This document shows positions 17,538 to 27,036 of a DNA stretch of 64,000 bases, one piece after another; position 1 is the first letter of the stretch, and every line of letters begins with the position of its first letter. The notes below the pieces were generated by a model. The model was not told the origin of the DNA. It did not search any database and was given only the letters and a program-made list of their open reading frames with translations. The stretch comes from Fuerstiella sp. Lineage in GTDB: Bacteria > Planctomycetota > Planctomycetia > Planctomycetales > Planctomycetaceae. Both the position numbers and the translations under genes were made by a program. The stretch lies in NCBI GenBank assembly GCA_039974975.1, contig JBDWHY010000081.1, positions 20,764-84,763 of the forward strand, written 5' to 3'.

Positions 17538-19034
17538 ATGGCCGGTCGAGATGAACTGAACCTTGTCGACTTTCCGATCGGAGTGCTGCGTCATCAACAA
17601 CCGGTTGATGCAGATGGTCGACGTCTGGAAGAACTGGTATTTTCTGTGGATGCTTTCACTGACAGTGTTGGAAAGATCGTTCCGCAGAAAGTCACCATTC
17701 GTACATCGTCGAAGTTTGGGTTTCCAACGCCGAAGGAAGAAGAGCTGCTAATCGGGCTGATGCTGTTCTGTCGCAGCCGCAATAACTTCACCGAAGCAAA
17801 AACAAAGTTTCAGGTCAGTGAGATGCTTGGGACGCTCGGTTGGCCGGACAATGGAAGAAGCCGCCGCCAGTTGCGAGAAGGTCTTGATCGGCTCGCTGGA
17901 GTTCGCCTGAAGTTCGAAAACAGTTGGAGTACCGACGAAGGCAAACAATACGAACGAGAATTCAACACTGGGATTCTGGATAGCTACGAGTTGCGTGTGG
18001 CCAACGATGGGCAGGGGGCAGATTCACGAGAACTCACCGCCATCCAGTGGTCAGCAGAAGTCTTCGCAGACATTCAACGTGGCAACGTAAAGGAACTGAA
18101 TACAGCCGAGTTCTTTTCACTGGAACGACCGCTTTCAAGGCGACTCTATCGGTATCTCGACAAACATCTGAAAGCAGGCCAGTGGTTTGAAATGGATCTG
18201 CTTCGCTTTGCGGCTCATCTGGGAATCACCGAGAAGTCTCACATCGGAAAGATTCGAGAGCGTCTGAAGAAGCCGATTCTTGAACTGGAACAACGCGGGA
18301 CTCTGTTTGAACCGTTGCTCGATGCAGAACGCTACCACCGTCTTGGCACGGGACACTGGCTGATTCGATTTCGCAGAGTTACCGGGAATCGTTCGGAAAC
18401 GACGACGCAGCGAGATCTATCAGCTCCTCAGGTGAGCCAAAACGCAGGCGAGAAGGCTCTACAACAACCTTCGCCACACCCAGCGAATCGGCGAGGCAAC
18501 AAGAAGAGGTTCTCCGATGCCGACCGCAAGCTTGTTCAGGAGTTCTATCACCTTTGGTCTGACAATGCTGAGCATGAACCGACTTTCCACGAATGCCAGC
18601 AGGCCCATTCCGTGATTCAGCAATACGGCGCCGCGAAAGCAATGGAATTGCTGCCTGCCGTCATAAAGCTCATGAAGCAACGCTTTCCCGATGCGACATC
18701 ATTCGGAGCCACAAAAACCTATTGGTCACTGGCAAACCAGAAAACGAAAGCCGGACAATCGACTCGACAGCTGGAAGCGACTCAGAGTGACAGCGACCGA
18801 AAAGAAGAGCAACGCAGACAGCAAGAACACCAACGCAAGCAGCAGCTTCACACGGAATGGAATCAGCTCGATGAACTTGCACAGGCAGCCATCCGTGACG
18901 AGGTGCTACAGCACTGCACAGACTTTGTTCGGCGAAAGATCGAACAACAGGAATACACCGATTCGCTCGTGATGCTGGCCTGCCTGAATCGCCTCGATCA
19001 GAAACAATCGAGCGCCGAAAGCACGCCGTTTTAG
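17538..19034 (+). CDS. plasmid replication initiator (RepA / replication-initiator-protein-A-like)
   Basis: N-terminus MAGRDELNLVDFPIGVLRH resembles the RPA-family start. Positioned immediately after the iterons and divergent from parAB. The ORF is open from TTG 17445; the ATG at 17538 is preferred. Confidence 0.6.
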   Translation: MAGRDELNLVDFPIGVLRHQQPVDADGRRLEELVFSVDAFTDSVGKIVPQKVTIRTSSKFGFPTPKEEELLIGLMLFCRSRNNFTEAKTKFQVSEMLGTLGWPDNGRSRRQLREGLDRLAGVRLKFENSWSTDEGKQYEREFNTGILDSYELRVANDGQGADSRELTAIQWSAEVFADIQRGNVKELNTAEFFSLERPLSRRLYRYLDKHLKAGQWFEMDLLRFAAHLGITEKSHIGKIRERLKKPILELEQRGTLFEPLLDAERYHRLGTGHWLIRFRRVTGNRSETTTQRDLSAPQVSQNAGEKALQQPSPHPANRRGNKKRFSDADRKLVQEFYHLWSDNAEHEPTFHECQQAHSVIQQYGAAKAMELLPAVIKLMKQRFPDATSFGATKTYWSLANQKTKAGQSTRQLEATQSDSDRKEEQRRQQEHQRKQQLHTEWNQLDELAQAAIRDEVLQHCTDFVRRKIEQQEYTDSLVMLACLNRLDQKQSSAESTPF

Positions 19035-19879
19035 ATGCCCCGCAGGATGCCACCTGCACGTTGCATCCAAAGTGGCACTCAACAGAGCAACACAGTTGAC
19101 TCTGTTCACCGCTTTGACCGGGGCAAAGCGTCTCTTCGATGAGGGCACTGCGTCGACGGGCTATCGCCCGCGACCCGCGGAGCGGGCCGATGACGCTGAC
19201 GGAGCAGCTACGTCCCTTCCGCGGGTCGCGGCCTAAGGCTCATCCCTCGCCAGCCCCGACGCAGTGCCACACCGCACTTCCCTCTGGCAAAGCCAGCTCC
19301 GCAATCGGCGAACACCGATTCTTCGCCACCTTTTCTTCACAGCTTCGCTGCATCCTTGTTCTCACACGACGTCGACCACTTCGCCGGGAACAACAGTTTT
19401 GAGATTGGTTGTGAAAACTGCAATTCCAGACTTCGTTCGATTTGCTTTACTTGCTGGGCGACCTGATGCAGTCTGCCCCTATGTCAATCGATAGCAAAAC
19501 GCTTCCACAGGAACCGACGGCAGCCGCACGGCGGCTGTTCGAGGAAACTCTTCAATTCCACCGTGAAACAGGCAACAGCAAAAGAAAAACTGATCGGTTC
19601 TTCGCCCCCGCGTATGTCGTTGTTGCAAACGGATTTCGCGATGAGCAACTCGTCTGATCTTCGCTGGTGAAATCTACTTGATACTGCGAGACTCCGAACT
19701 CTACTGGTTGGTATCACCACTCGATGATTCGGTTTGATGATTCAACAGGTGACAATCGATGCAATGCGTGGACGACCGAGTCGGGGGCTGTTTGGCTCTC
19801 CACCGGCTGAATGCCGTCGCATGCAGAAGGTGAGGCAAGAAATTGACAACGGATCGCTCAATCATGCTATGCTGCTTGC

Positions 19880-20515
19880 ATGAATCGATGGGACAAATAT
19901 GACGTCAGCGGAAATGTGGAAGCTCAGTTTGCGGATGAGTCGGAAGATGTCCTTGTCAACAAACTCGGAATCAAGGAACTCGAACCACTTCAGTTGAAGG
20001 AAGAGGAAGGCCTCGCCACGGCGTACGAAATTCTGTTCAGCGAAGTCCGGACCGATACCGTTCTCACGACGCAATTAGTTCGCCACGTTCATGACCGCAT
20101 TTTCGGAGAACTTTTCGAATGGGCCGGGCGTTGGCGAACAGTCGTGATCAGCAAGCCAGGTGCGATCTGGCCTCCGCCTCAGTATCTGGACGCTGCTATG
20201 AAGTCATTCGAGACCGAGATCCTGTCGAAGTGCGAATCAGCGGACTTAGTAAGTGACGATGTCTTCGTCGAAATTTCGGCCGAGGTGCAGGGCGAGTTCC
20301 TCGCAATTCATCCGTTCCGAGAAGGCAATGCTCGAACGATCAAACTGGTGAACGATTTGTTGGCCGCTCAAACCAATCGCCCGATGCTGAAGTACGATCA
20401 ATCAGATGCTGGCCGTGATGAATACATCAACGCGGCGAAAGCAGCGATGGCGGCTCAGGACTATCGTCCGATGCAGTCGATTATTCGGACAGCATTGCAG
20501 CAGGCGACTGGCTGA
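19880..20515 (+). CDS. Fic/DOC-family protein with a non-canonical active-site motif
   Basis: 211 aa. N-terminal LVNKLGIKE as in the VbhT/Fic class. Fic motif HPFREGNARTIK at 20309-20344 versus the canonical HxFx(D/E)GNGRxxR. Confidence 0.85.
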   Translation: MNRWDKYDVSGNVEAQFADESEDVLVNKLGIKELEPLQLKEEEGLATAYEILFSEVRTDTVLTTQLVRHVHDRIFGELFEWAGRWRTVVISKPGAIWPPPQYLDAAMKSFETEILSKCESADLVSDDVFVEISAEVQGEFLAIHPFREGNARTIKLVNDLLAAQTNRPMLKYDQSDAGRDEYINAAKAAMAAQDYRPMQSIIRTALQQATG

Positions 20516-20687
20516 TGCTCTGGAGTTGCCTGAGGATTGCGCGACGTGTTTCTTCGCGGAACGGCGGCAGTCCTTCGATCACGCTGTTGCGTTCAGCAAC
20601 ATCAAGAATGCGGTCATGGCGTTCATAATCATCCTGCAGCCATGTGCAAGCGTCTTTGAGAGGTTGTCCGGTTCCAAATTCAGTCAT
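20481..20687 (-). CDS. VbhA-like antitoxin-domain protein (tentative)
   Basis: 68 aa. DVAERNSVIEGLPPFREETRRAILRQL resembles the VbhA helix carrying the (S/T)xxxE(G/N) inhibitory motif. Convergent with, and overlapping, the 3' end of the Fic gene by 35 nt. Confidence 0.5.
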   Translation of the reverse strand: MTEFGTGQPLKDACTWLQDDYERHDRILDVAERNSVIEGLPPFREETRRAILRQLQSISQSPAAMLSE

Positions 20688-21373
20688 GCTGGAATTCTAC
20701 GCCATTGAGGGCCTGCTGTCACGAAGAATGTTATCGTCCTGCATTCGTTCCGGCGGGCAGCTAAAGGAAAGTGCGTAGGAAAAACAGCGACGCTGTTCGC
20801 GAGTGAGTCACCGGACCATGGCAAGAAAGATTCAGTGTCGACATCGCCAAAGCATTCGGGATTCCGGATTCGAGTACCGTTCCTTAAACTCGTAATCGGT
20901 CGGAATGGGGATTTAAGAGCAGTAATATCGCTTCGCAACAGGCCTGTCGATTTCTGTTGTCTGCTTGCAGTGGAAAACGAAATGTGCCTTGATAGCTCTC
21001 TTTGGAATGAACTTCAGGCTGGTAGCCTGAACTGTCCTCAATGACAACCGAGGCCAAGAACCGGCAAAGTTTGCCACCACGACAGTTGTGAGTCTCACTG
21101 TTCCCAGTATTACAGGACGCCTAACCGGACTGAGGAAGTGTGAGTCTCAACTGCCCCATCTTGGCGATGGTTGTCGGAAACACCACGTGGTTGCTAAAGA
21201 ATTCCCGCGAATCCACATTCGATACGTGAATCATGAAGCCGAGAAGAATATAGTAGTCCTCACGAATTCACGGTCGTAGCGGGGCTGAGGAACCGATAAC
21301 GAGAGGAAACAAGCGTGGCAGAGTACCACCAAATTTGCCACTCCAAACGTCTCCACAGTCGAGGATGGACGGC

Positions 21374-22378
21374 ATGAAGGCAGAAATGCTGAAAAGGCTC
21401 GTACGAGCAATTGCGATGGGGTCGCAAGACGACCTCACCCAGCTCGCTGACAAAATCGTGGAATCCGAACGCAAGAGCGGGCATTCTCGACTCGCCGGTG
21501 AACTCGAGTCCATTCTCGAAGAAAAGCCGAAACGAGCCACGAAACGATCGGGCCGAGCAGGGATCGACTCAGACAAAATCGTCCGGGAGCTCCCGATCAG
21601 CCGTCGTCATCAGGAGATGTTGGTCAGCTTCCTGCCGAATGACGCCTTGCAACATCACATCGTGCTGCCTGCCGACATCGAAGCACGCTTCGAGCAAATT
21701 GAAAAGGAGTTTGCCGCTCGTGAGCGTTTGTCGGCATATGGATTGAACCCGCGAAAGAAGATCCTTCTCTACGGTCCTCCTGGTTGTGGCAAAACATTAG
21801 GTGCCAAACGCCTTGCGTGGAACACCGGCTTGCCGCTAATGAAGGTTCGATTCGATGTTCTGGTGTCATCGTATTTCGGTGAATCGGCTTCGAACCTGCG
21901 AGCGGTCTTTGAGGCAGCCCGGGAGCAACCCTGTGTTCTTCTACTGGATGAGTGCGACTTTATCGCTCGATCTCGTGTTACCTCAAAGGACATTGGTGAA
22001 GTCGCTCGAATAGTAAATACTTTGTTGGCGTTAATGGAGGAGTACGATGCTCCGGGCTTGCTAGTCGCAACGACGAACATTGAATCGTCGCTGGACGAAG
22101 CACTTTTTCGCCGGTTCGACGACGTGTTTCAGGTTCCATTGCCAGGAAAAGAAGAGATCCAAAAGCTGCTAACAATGACACTTTCCAGCATCAAACAATC
22201 CAAGTCGATACGCTGGGATGAAATTACTGATAGACTAGGGGGGCTCTCAGCCGCCTACGTGGTGCGTGTTGCAGAGGCTGCAGCAAAGACTGCGGTGCTT
22301 TGCGGGAAACGTATTGTGGAACAAGAGCACTTCGACGCTGCAATAACGGAATTGAGGCGTCCAGATCAGGAGCAGTGA
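21374..22378 (+). CDS. classical AAA+ ATPase (IetA-like)
   Basis: Walker A LLYGPPGCGKTL, Walker B VLLLDECDF, second region of homology ATTNIESSLDEALFRRF. ATG 21374 is preceded by GAGGA; the ORF is open from 21335. Confidence 0.85.
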   Translation: MKAEMLKRLVRAIAMGSQDDLTQLADKIVESERKSGHSRLAGELESILEEKPKRATKRSGRAGIDSDKIVRELPISRRHQEMLVSFLPNDALQHHIVLPADIEARFEQIEKEFAARERLSAYGLNPRKKILLYGPPGCGKTLGAKRLAWNTGLPLMKVRFDVLVSSYFGESASNLRAVFEAAREQPCVLLLDECDFIARSRVTSKDIGEVARIVNTLLALMEEYDAPGLLVATTNIESSLDEALFRRFDDVFQVPLPGKEEIQKLLTMTLSSIKQSKSIRWDEITDRLGGLSAAYVVRVAEAAAKTAVLCGKRIVEQEHFDAAITELRRPDQEQ

Positions 22379-22391
22379 CGGGTAGCAATCA

Positions 22392-25055
22392 ATGTCCACA
22401 GGGCACAACTTTCAACACCTTCCCCTTCTCCGGCGTGAGGGTGGCCCAGCAAACATTCACGGCGGGGGATCATCATCGCCGTTGACGATTGAGAACAAAG
22501 CCAATCGCACCAGTCATAGTAGCGCCCTGGCTGCTGGCGCAACAAACGCCGCGAACGAGCGGCACAGAGTCGAGGCAGAACGCAAGGCTGAAGCTCTACC
22601 TGAGTTGCCTCCCGGTATTCCGCTTCTCCTGCAAGTTGATACAGAGCTGGATGTAGACGATCTGCGGCACTACTTCGACTTCGAGATAGTTTCCGAGGAA
22701 GAAGAGGGATTCGTGATTGTCGCGAGCAGCGACGTCGACCTGTCTGATTTTCTCGATGCGGTTAACAGGTTTGCGTCTACGAATACTCAGGACCAACGTG
22801 GGACCGCCACGATCGCGAGTGTTCATCGACTTGATGACGATGCCAACCAGAAGAAGCGACTGGAACTGATACTTTCAGAACAACTACATGAGCTCTGGCC
22901 GAACCTCAATGAGGCAACGAACTATCGCGTTGACGTTGGTGTGGCCTGTGTCGGTATCGAGGATATTCCCAAGCGCCCGAAACAACCCAAACGCCGCGAC
23001 AGTGAATCTGACGAATCCTGGGCGCGGCGAGAGAGTCACTGGACCGTGCGGGAGAACGTTTGGCAACAGGCGAGAACCAAGGCATATGACGCATGGCACG
23101 ACTTGAAAGACGAGCGTGAGGATGAAGTTCAGGCAATCGTGGAGGGCTATGGCGGAACAATTGCGGACGTCATCTACCAAGAACCACAGGACGCTCCTTC
23201 GCTCCCCGATAGCTTTACGATGCGGATCGAGGTCAATGGTAAGGCGTTGAAAGATTTCGTTCTCAACTTCCCGTTCGTCTTTGAAGTGACAGAACCGGAT
23301 GACGTCACCGTTCCAAGCTACGACATGGATGCTGGCCCTCAACCGGGTGAACTGCAGGAGCCGAATGCCCCGAATGAATGGGCTCCTGCAGTATGCGTCA
23401 TTGACAGCGGTATCCAGGAAGGGCATATCCTAATTGAGCCTGCAATCGACAAATCGACGTCTAGGTGTTTCTTGCCACCGCCTGAGGCAAGCACTGATGT
23501 CGCAGACTATGTTAGCCCGGGAGGGCATGGCACTCGTGTGGCGGGAGCGATTTTGTATGGCGAGCGTGTGGGGCGAAACTCCGCATATGACCTTCCTTTC
23601 TGGATCCAGAATGCTCGGGTTCTTGATGAAGACGGTTGCATGCCAATGTCATTATTTCCAGCAACACTGATTGGAACAGTCATTGAACACTTCCATAATG
23701 GTCCTCGCAAGACTCGAATCTTCAACCACTCGATCAATGCAGATTGCCATTGCCGCATCACTCATATGTCTGCGTGGGCAGCCGCAATAGACTGGCTTTG
23801 CTATGAACTTGATGTCCTTATCATCCAGAGTTCTGGAAATATTCCTGAGACTTCCACTGTTCCGAGTGCCGGAATCCGCGAGCATCTGAACGCCGGACGC
23901 CAATATCCGACATTCCTGACAGAACGTTCGTCGCGTGTGGCAAATCCGGGACAGAGCTTGCAAGCCATTACCGTTGGCTCTGTTGCCTATCAGCACTATC
24001 AATCGACTGGCTGGCGGAGTTTTGCAAGTCAAGAGGCAGAACCATCAAGTTTTAGCCGATCCGGATTGGGGATCTGGAACGTCATCAAGCCAGAAGTGGT
24101 TGAGTTCGGCGGGGACTATCTGCGTTCCCCGGGGACACCGCTGGTACTCAACATCCCCAATGAAGGATCGGATTGCTACCCGGAACTCGTTCGCTCAACT
24201 CTGCTCGGTCCGGGACCTGCGTACGACAAAGACGACATCGGAACTTCGTACGCTGCTCCGAAAGTCACTCATATCGCAGCGCACTTGCAACGTGTTCTTC
24301 CGGATGAACCGTGTCTGCTGTACAGGGCACTCATCATCCAATCCGCTCGCTGGCCGGAATGGACCCGTACCGAAGGCGTGGACACAAACCTTGCGATCAG
24401 AACTCTAGGATTCGGCATTCCGGATCTTGAACGAGCGACAACGAATACGAACTACCGAACAACGCTGGTTTCCTCAGGGGAAACGGGAATTTCTGCAGGA
24501 GAATGTGACGTCTATCAAGTGCCAATCCCAGACACAATGCGCAGTCCGGGCTACGAATACAACATCTTGATCGAAGTCACTCTATCGTATGTCGCGCAGC
24601 CACGACGCACACGCCGAAATTTGCGCCGCTACCTTTCGACGTGGCTTGAATGGAAAAGCAGCAATCTCGGAGAAGATATCGATTCATTCCGCGCTCGGGC
24701 ATTGAAAAACGAATCCGCTGACGACACGTTGGCACGTGGAACTTCAATACCGTGGGCTCTCAATATTCAATCGAACCATGGTACGATCGACGGAGTGGGA
24801 CGGAAATCTGGTACGGTGCAAAAAGATTGGGCAATCGTGAAGTCAAGTTCATTGCCGGAAAATTTTTGTGTCGCGGTCATGGGACACAAAGGCTGGAGTA
24901 AAGATCCCGACTCCCAAGCTAAGTACTCGATGGCAGTCAGTTTCGAGATCGTTGATCGACAGATTGAGATCTATGACGCAATGAGAATAGCGGTCGGCGA
25001 ACTCCAAAATGAGCTTGAGGTACAGACGGAATTTGAACTTGAAATTGAAGACTGA
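22392..25055 (+). CDS. large cytoplasmic S8 (subtilisin-like) serine peptidase (IetS-like)
   Basis: 887 aa with no signal peptide. Catalytic triad contexts VCVIDSGIQ (Asp), GGHGTRVAGA (His), GTSYAAPKVTH (Ser). Starts 14 nt after the ATPase gene. Confidence 0.9.
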   Translation: MSTGHNFQHLPLLRREGGPANIHGGGSSSPLTIENKANRTSHSSALAAGATNAANERHRVEAERKAEALPELPPGIPLLLQVDTELDVDDLRHYFDFEIVSEEEEGFVIVASSDVDLSDFLDAVNRFASTNTQDQRGTATIASVHRLDDDANQKKRLELILSEQLHELWPNLNEATNYRVDVGVACVGIEDIPKRPKQPKRRDSESDESWARRESHWTVRENVWQQARTKAYDAWHDLKDEREDEVQAIVEGYGGTIADVIYQEPQDAPSLPDSFTMRIEVNGKALKDFVLNFPFVFEVTEPDDVTVPSYDMDAGPQPGELQEPNAPNEWAPAVCVIDSGIQEGHILIEPAIDKSTSRCFLPPPEASTDVADYVSPGGHGTRVAGAILYGERVGRNSAYDLPFWIQNARVLDEDGCMPMSLFPATLIGTVIEHFHNGPRKTRIFNHSINADCHCRITHMSAWAAAIDWLCYELDVLIIQSSGNIPETSTVPSAGIREHLNAGRQYPTFLTERSSRVANPGQSLQAITVGSVAYQHYQSTGWRSFASQEAEPSSFSRSGLGIWNVIKPEVVEFGGDYLRSPGTPLVLNIPNEGSDCYPELVRSTLLGPGPAYDKDDIGTSYAAPKVTHIAAHLQRVLPDEPCLLYRALIIQSARWPEWTRTEGVDTNLAIRTLGFGIPDLERATTNTNYRTTLVSSGETGISAGECDVYQVPIPDTMRSPGYEYNILIEVTLSYVAQPRRTRRNLRRYLSTWLEWKSSNLGEDIDSFRARALKNESADDTLARGTSIPWALNIQSNHGTIDGVGRKSGTVQKDWAIVKSSSLPENFCVAVMGHKGWSKDPDSQAKYSMAVSFEIVDRQIEIYDAMRIAVGELQNELEVQTEFELEIED

Positions 25056-25343
25056 ACTGATTGAGGTGTGGAAGTTTCACACGCAGGTGCTTCTCTTACT
25101 CTTTGGGGCTGTTGAGCTGGAGTAAGGTAGTCGAGATCTGAGTGTGCTCGTTTGCAGATGCAGTAACGGACACACTCTCTATCTCGCGAAGTGCAGCCTA
25201 CCCATTTCAGCACACACAGCCAACCATGCATGCGTTTTCACAACAGTTTACAGCATGGCTCATACTTTGCTGAATCTGATGTAGACGCCGTACCCGACTA
25301 CTTTCACGACCAGCATGTCGGCCTCCCGGATTCGTCTGATGTA

Positions 25344-25496
25344 TCAGCTGTTTGCCTGTGAGTCGGTTGCGAAGTAGTGATTAATCGACGCCCGTTCTTC
25401 TCCATCCGGCTGAACAGCCACGCAAGGTCTGAGCTTCGAGGCTGTGCCGTCGCTGTACGGAACCTCAAGAATAACGTCGCCACGATGAACTCTCAT
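25344..25496 (-). pseudogene. truncated PemK/MazF-like toxin remnant
   Basis: A 50-aa ORF (MRVHRGDVILEVPYSDGTASKLRPCVAVQPDG...) matches only the N-terminal strands of MazF/PemK toxins (full length is about 110 aa). ATGA overlap with the upstream antitoxin-like ORF. Confidence 0.5.
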
Positions 25497-25747
25497 TGCG
25501 TTGGGCAGGAATTGTCGTAGGCGTCCATTTCTGGATCGTCCCAACCTGCCTTGCGACCGTTGCGAGCAAGGATGGCTTTCTGCTCCTGGACGCTCAAGCC
25601 GTCCTGATCGAAGAGGCTGCGATACAGGTTGAACTGCTCGTTGGAGATAATCACGTACTGAGTCTGTTCGTCCGCACTGACAACCTGGAGAGGGCTGCCA
25701 TGGGCTTTGATCGCTTGATCGATTTCTGGTGATAGTTTTGCGGCCAT
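25493..25747 (-). CDS. putative antitoxin of the MazF-like module
   Basis: 84 aa from ATG 25747. Stop overlaps the toxin start. Acidic C-terminus DDPEMDAYD. No firm family call. Confidence 0.5.
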   Translation of the reverse strand: MAAKLSPEIDQAIKAHGSPLQVVSADEQTQYVIISNEQFNLYRSLFDQDGLSVQEQKAILARNGRKAGWDDPEMDAYDNSCPTQ

Positions 25748-25788
25748 GTCTGGATTGTACCACAGTAGCACCGCGAGCCAAACAGAAT

Positions 25789-26988
25789 TTACCCCCCGGA
25801 GACAATCAGCGCCCATTCCTCTTCCGTCAAATCTTCGGGTTGTCGGTTGTTGAAAATGCCGTTGTTCATTGAAGAGGAAATGCCGAGTCGCGTTTGAATT
25901 TGTTGCTCGTTGAGTTTCCAGAGGAGGTCTTTGAACCCAGCTTCGCCTTCTTCGTCGCAGTCGGGGAGCAGGAGGACTCTGTTGTTGGCGGCGGTGCGGG
26001 CGTAGCGGGTGATGGTGTCGACTTGCTGGTTGGTGGCTCTGTTGCTGCAGAGACCAACGGCGGCGACCTCCAATGCACCCATACGGTGAACATCATTCTG
26101 GCCTTCGACGATCACCAAGCCATGCTGTTGAAGTGACGATTGAATGTAGGGTTCGACCAGTCGAGTCGCGTGGCCTCCGTAGAGTTCGGCACCTCGGTGG
26201 AAGCCGCTGACGTAGCGATGCTTGACTGGTTTCTTTCCGTCCGGTCGCCCCGCCTTGATCCACTGAGCCCACTTCTCCTCAAACGAAAGGTTGCGGCCCG
26301 AGTAGCTGACGATGTCGCCTCGCTCGCTGCGGTGTGTGTAGACGATGTACTTGTTCCGGAAGAGGCTTCGCCCGCTGCCCACTATCCATCCCACGCCCCA
26401 CTTCTTCATCAGCTCGGGAGTCATCCAGGCTCGTTTGCGAACGTACTGCGCCGCGTCGGGGCTCATTTCGGAAACGTCCGTCACAAGATCGTTATAAAGA
26501 TCGGCGATGGCTCGGGCAGCCTCTTTCGGGTGACTCTTGAGTGGCACATTCTTCGTTGGTTGATCACTCACCGGCGAAGCAACTGGTTTCTGGTCAACAG
26601 CTGGAGCGGATTCAGGGATAGATCCTGATCGGTCGACAATTGCCTGTAGCTTTTCTACCGCATCTTTGAACTCTCTGCCTCGCAGCTTGCCGCCAGCGGG
26701 TGGTTTACCTACGTCGAAACCATGTAGAAGTGTCAGCAGGTTGCCACGAGTCTGGCAGCTGTGGCAGTAGATCCGCTTGGCGGCATCGTTTGAGATCGTG
26801 AGGTTGCCGTACTGACTTTCGGAGCACGATTCGTCAAACACGCACTTCAGTCGGTATTCCTTCGACTGTGTTTCTGGTTGAGGCAAACCGTAGTGCTGCA
26901 GCACGACTGAGAGGGGAGTGCTTTCGATCAGTTCGTCAACGTTGGTGTAGTTGTTGCGGGGAGATGATGAGCGGGAATTCAGAGGCAT
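25789..26988 (-). CDS. DnaG-like primase (CHC2 zinc finger plus Toprim)
   Basis: Zinc-finger region CVFDESC...YCHSCQTRGNLLTLLHGF. Toprim VIVEGQNDV and LLLPDCDEEGEAG. The ORF is open to ATG 27033, only 3 nt from the divergent 27037 start, so ATG 26988 is preferred. Confidence 0.75.
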   Translation of the reverse strand: MPLNSRSSSPRNNYTNVDELIESTPLSVVLQHYGLPQPETQSKEYRLKCVFDESCSESQYGNLTISNDAAKRIYCHSCQTRGNLLTLLHGFDVGKPPAGGKLRGREFKDAVEKLQAIVDRSGSIPESAPAVDQKPVASPVSDQPTKNVPLKSHPKEAARAIADLYNDLVTDVSEMSPDAAQYVRKRAWMTPELMKKWGVGWIVGSGRSLFRNKYIVYTHRSERGDIVSYSGRNLSFEEKWAQWIKAGRPDGKKPVKHRYVSGFHRGAELYGGHATRLVEPYIQSSLQQHGLVIVEGQNDVHRMGALEVAAVGLCSNRATNQQVDTITRYARTAANNRVLLLPDCDEEGEAGFKDLLWKLNEQQIQTRLGISSSMNNGIFNNRQPEDLTEEEWALIVSGG

Positions 26989-27036
26989 TTGGCAAGGGGA
27001 AATTTGACGGAACAATGGTACCCTGCCTTTCATTAG

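Noticed and set aside
19481-19657. 58-aa ORF (MSIDSKTLPQEPTAAARRLFEE...) in the rep-Fic spacer
   Set aside because: A plausible but unsupported small gene. No motif or coupling, so not listed as a feature.
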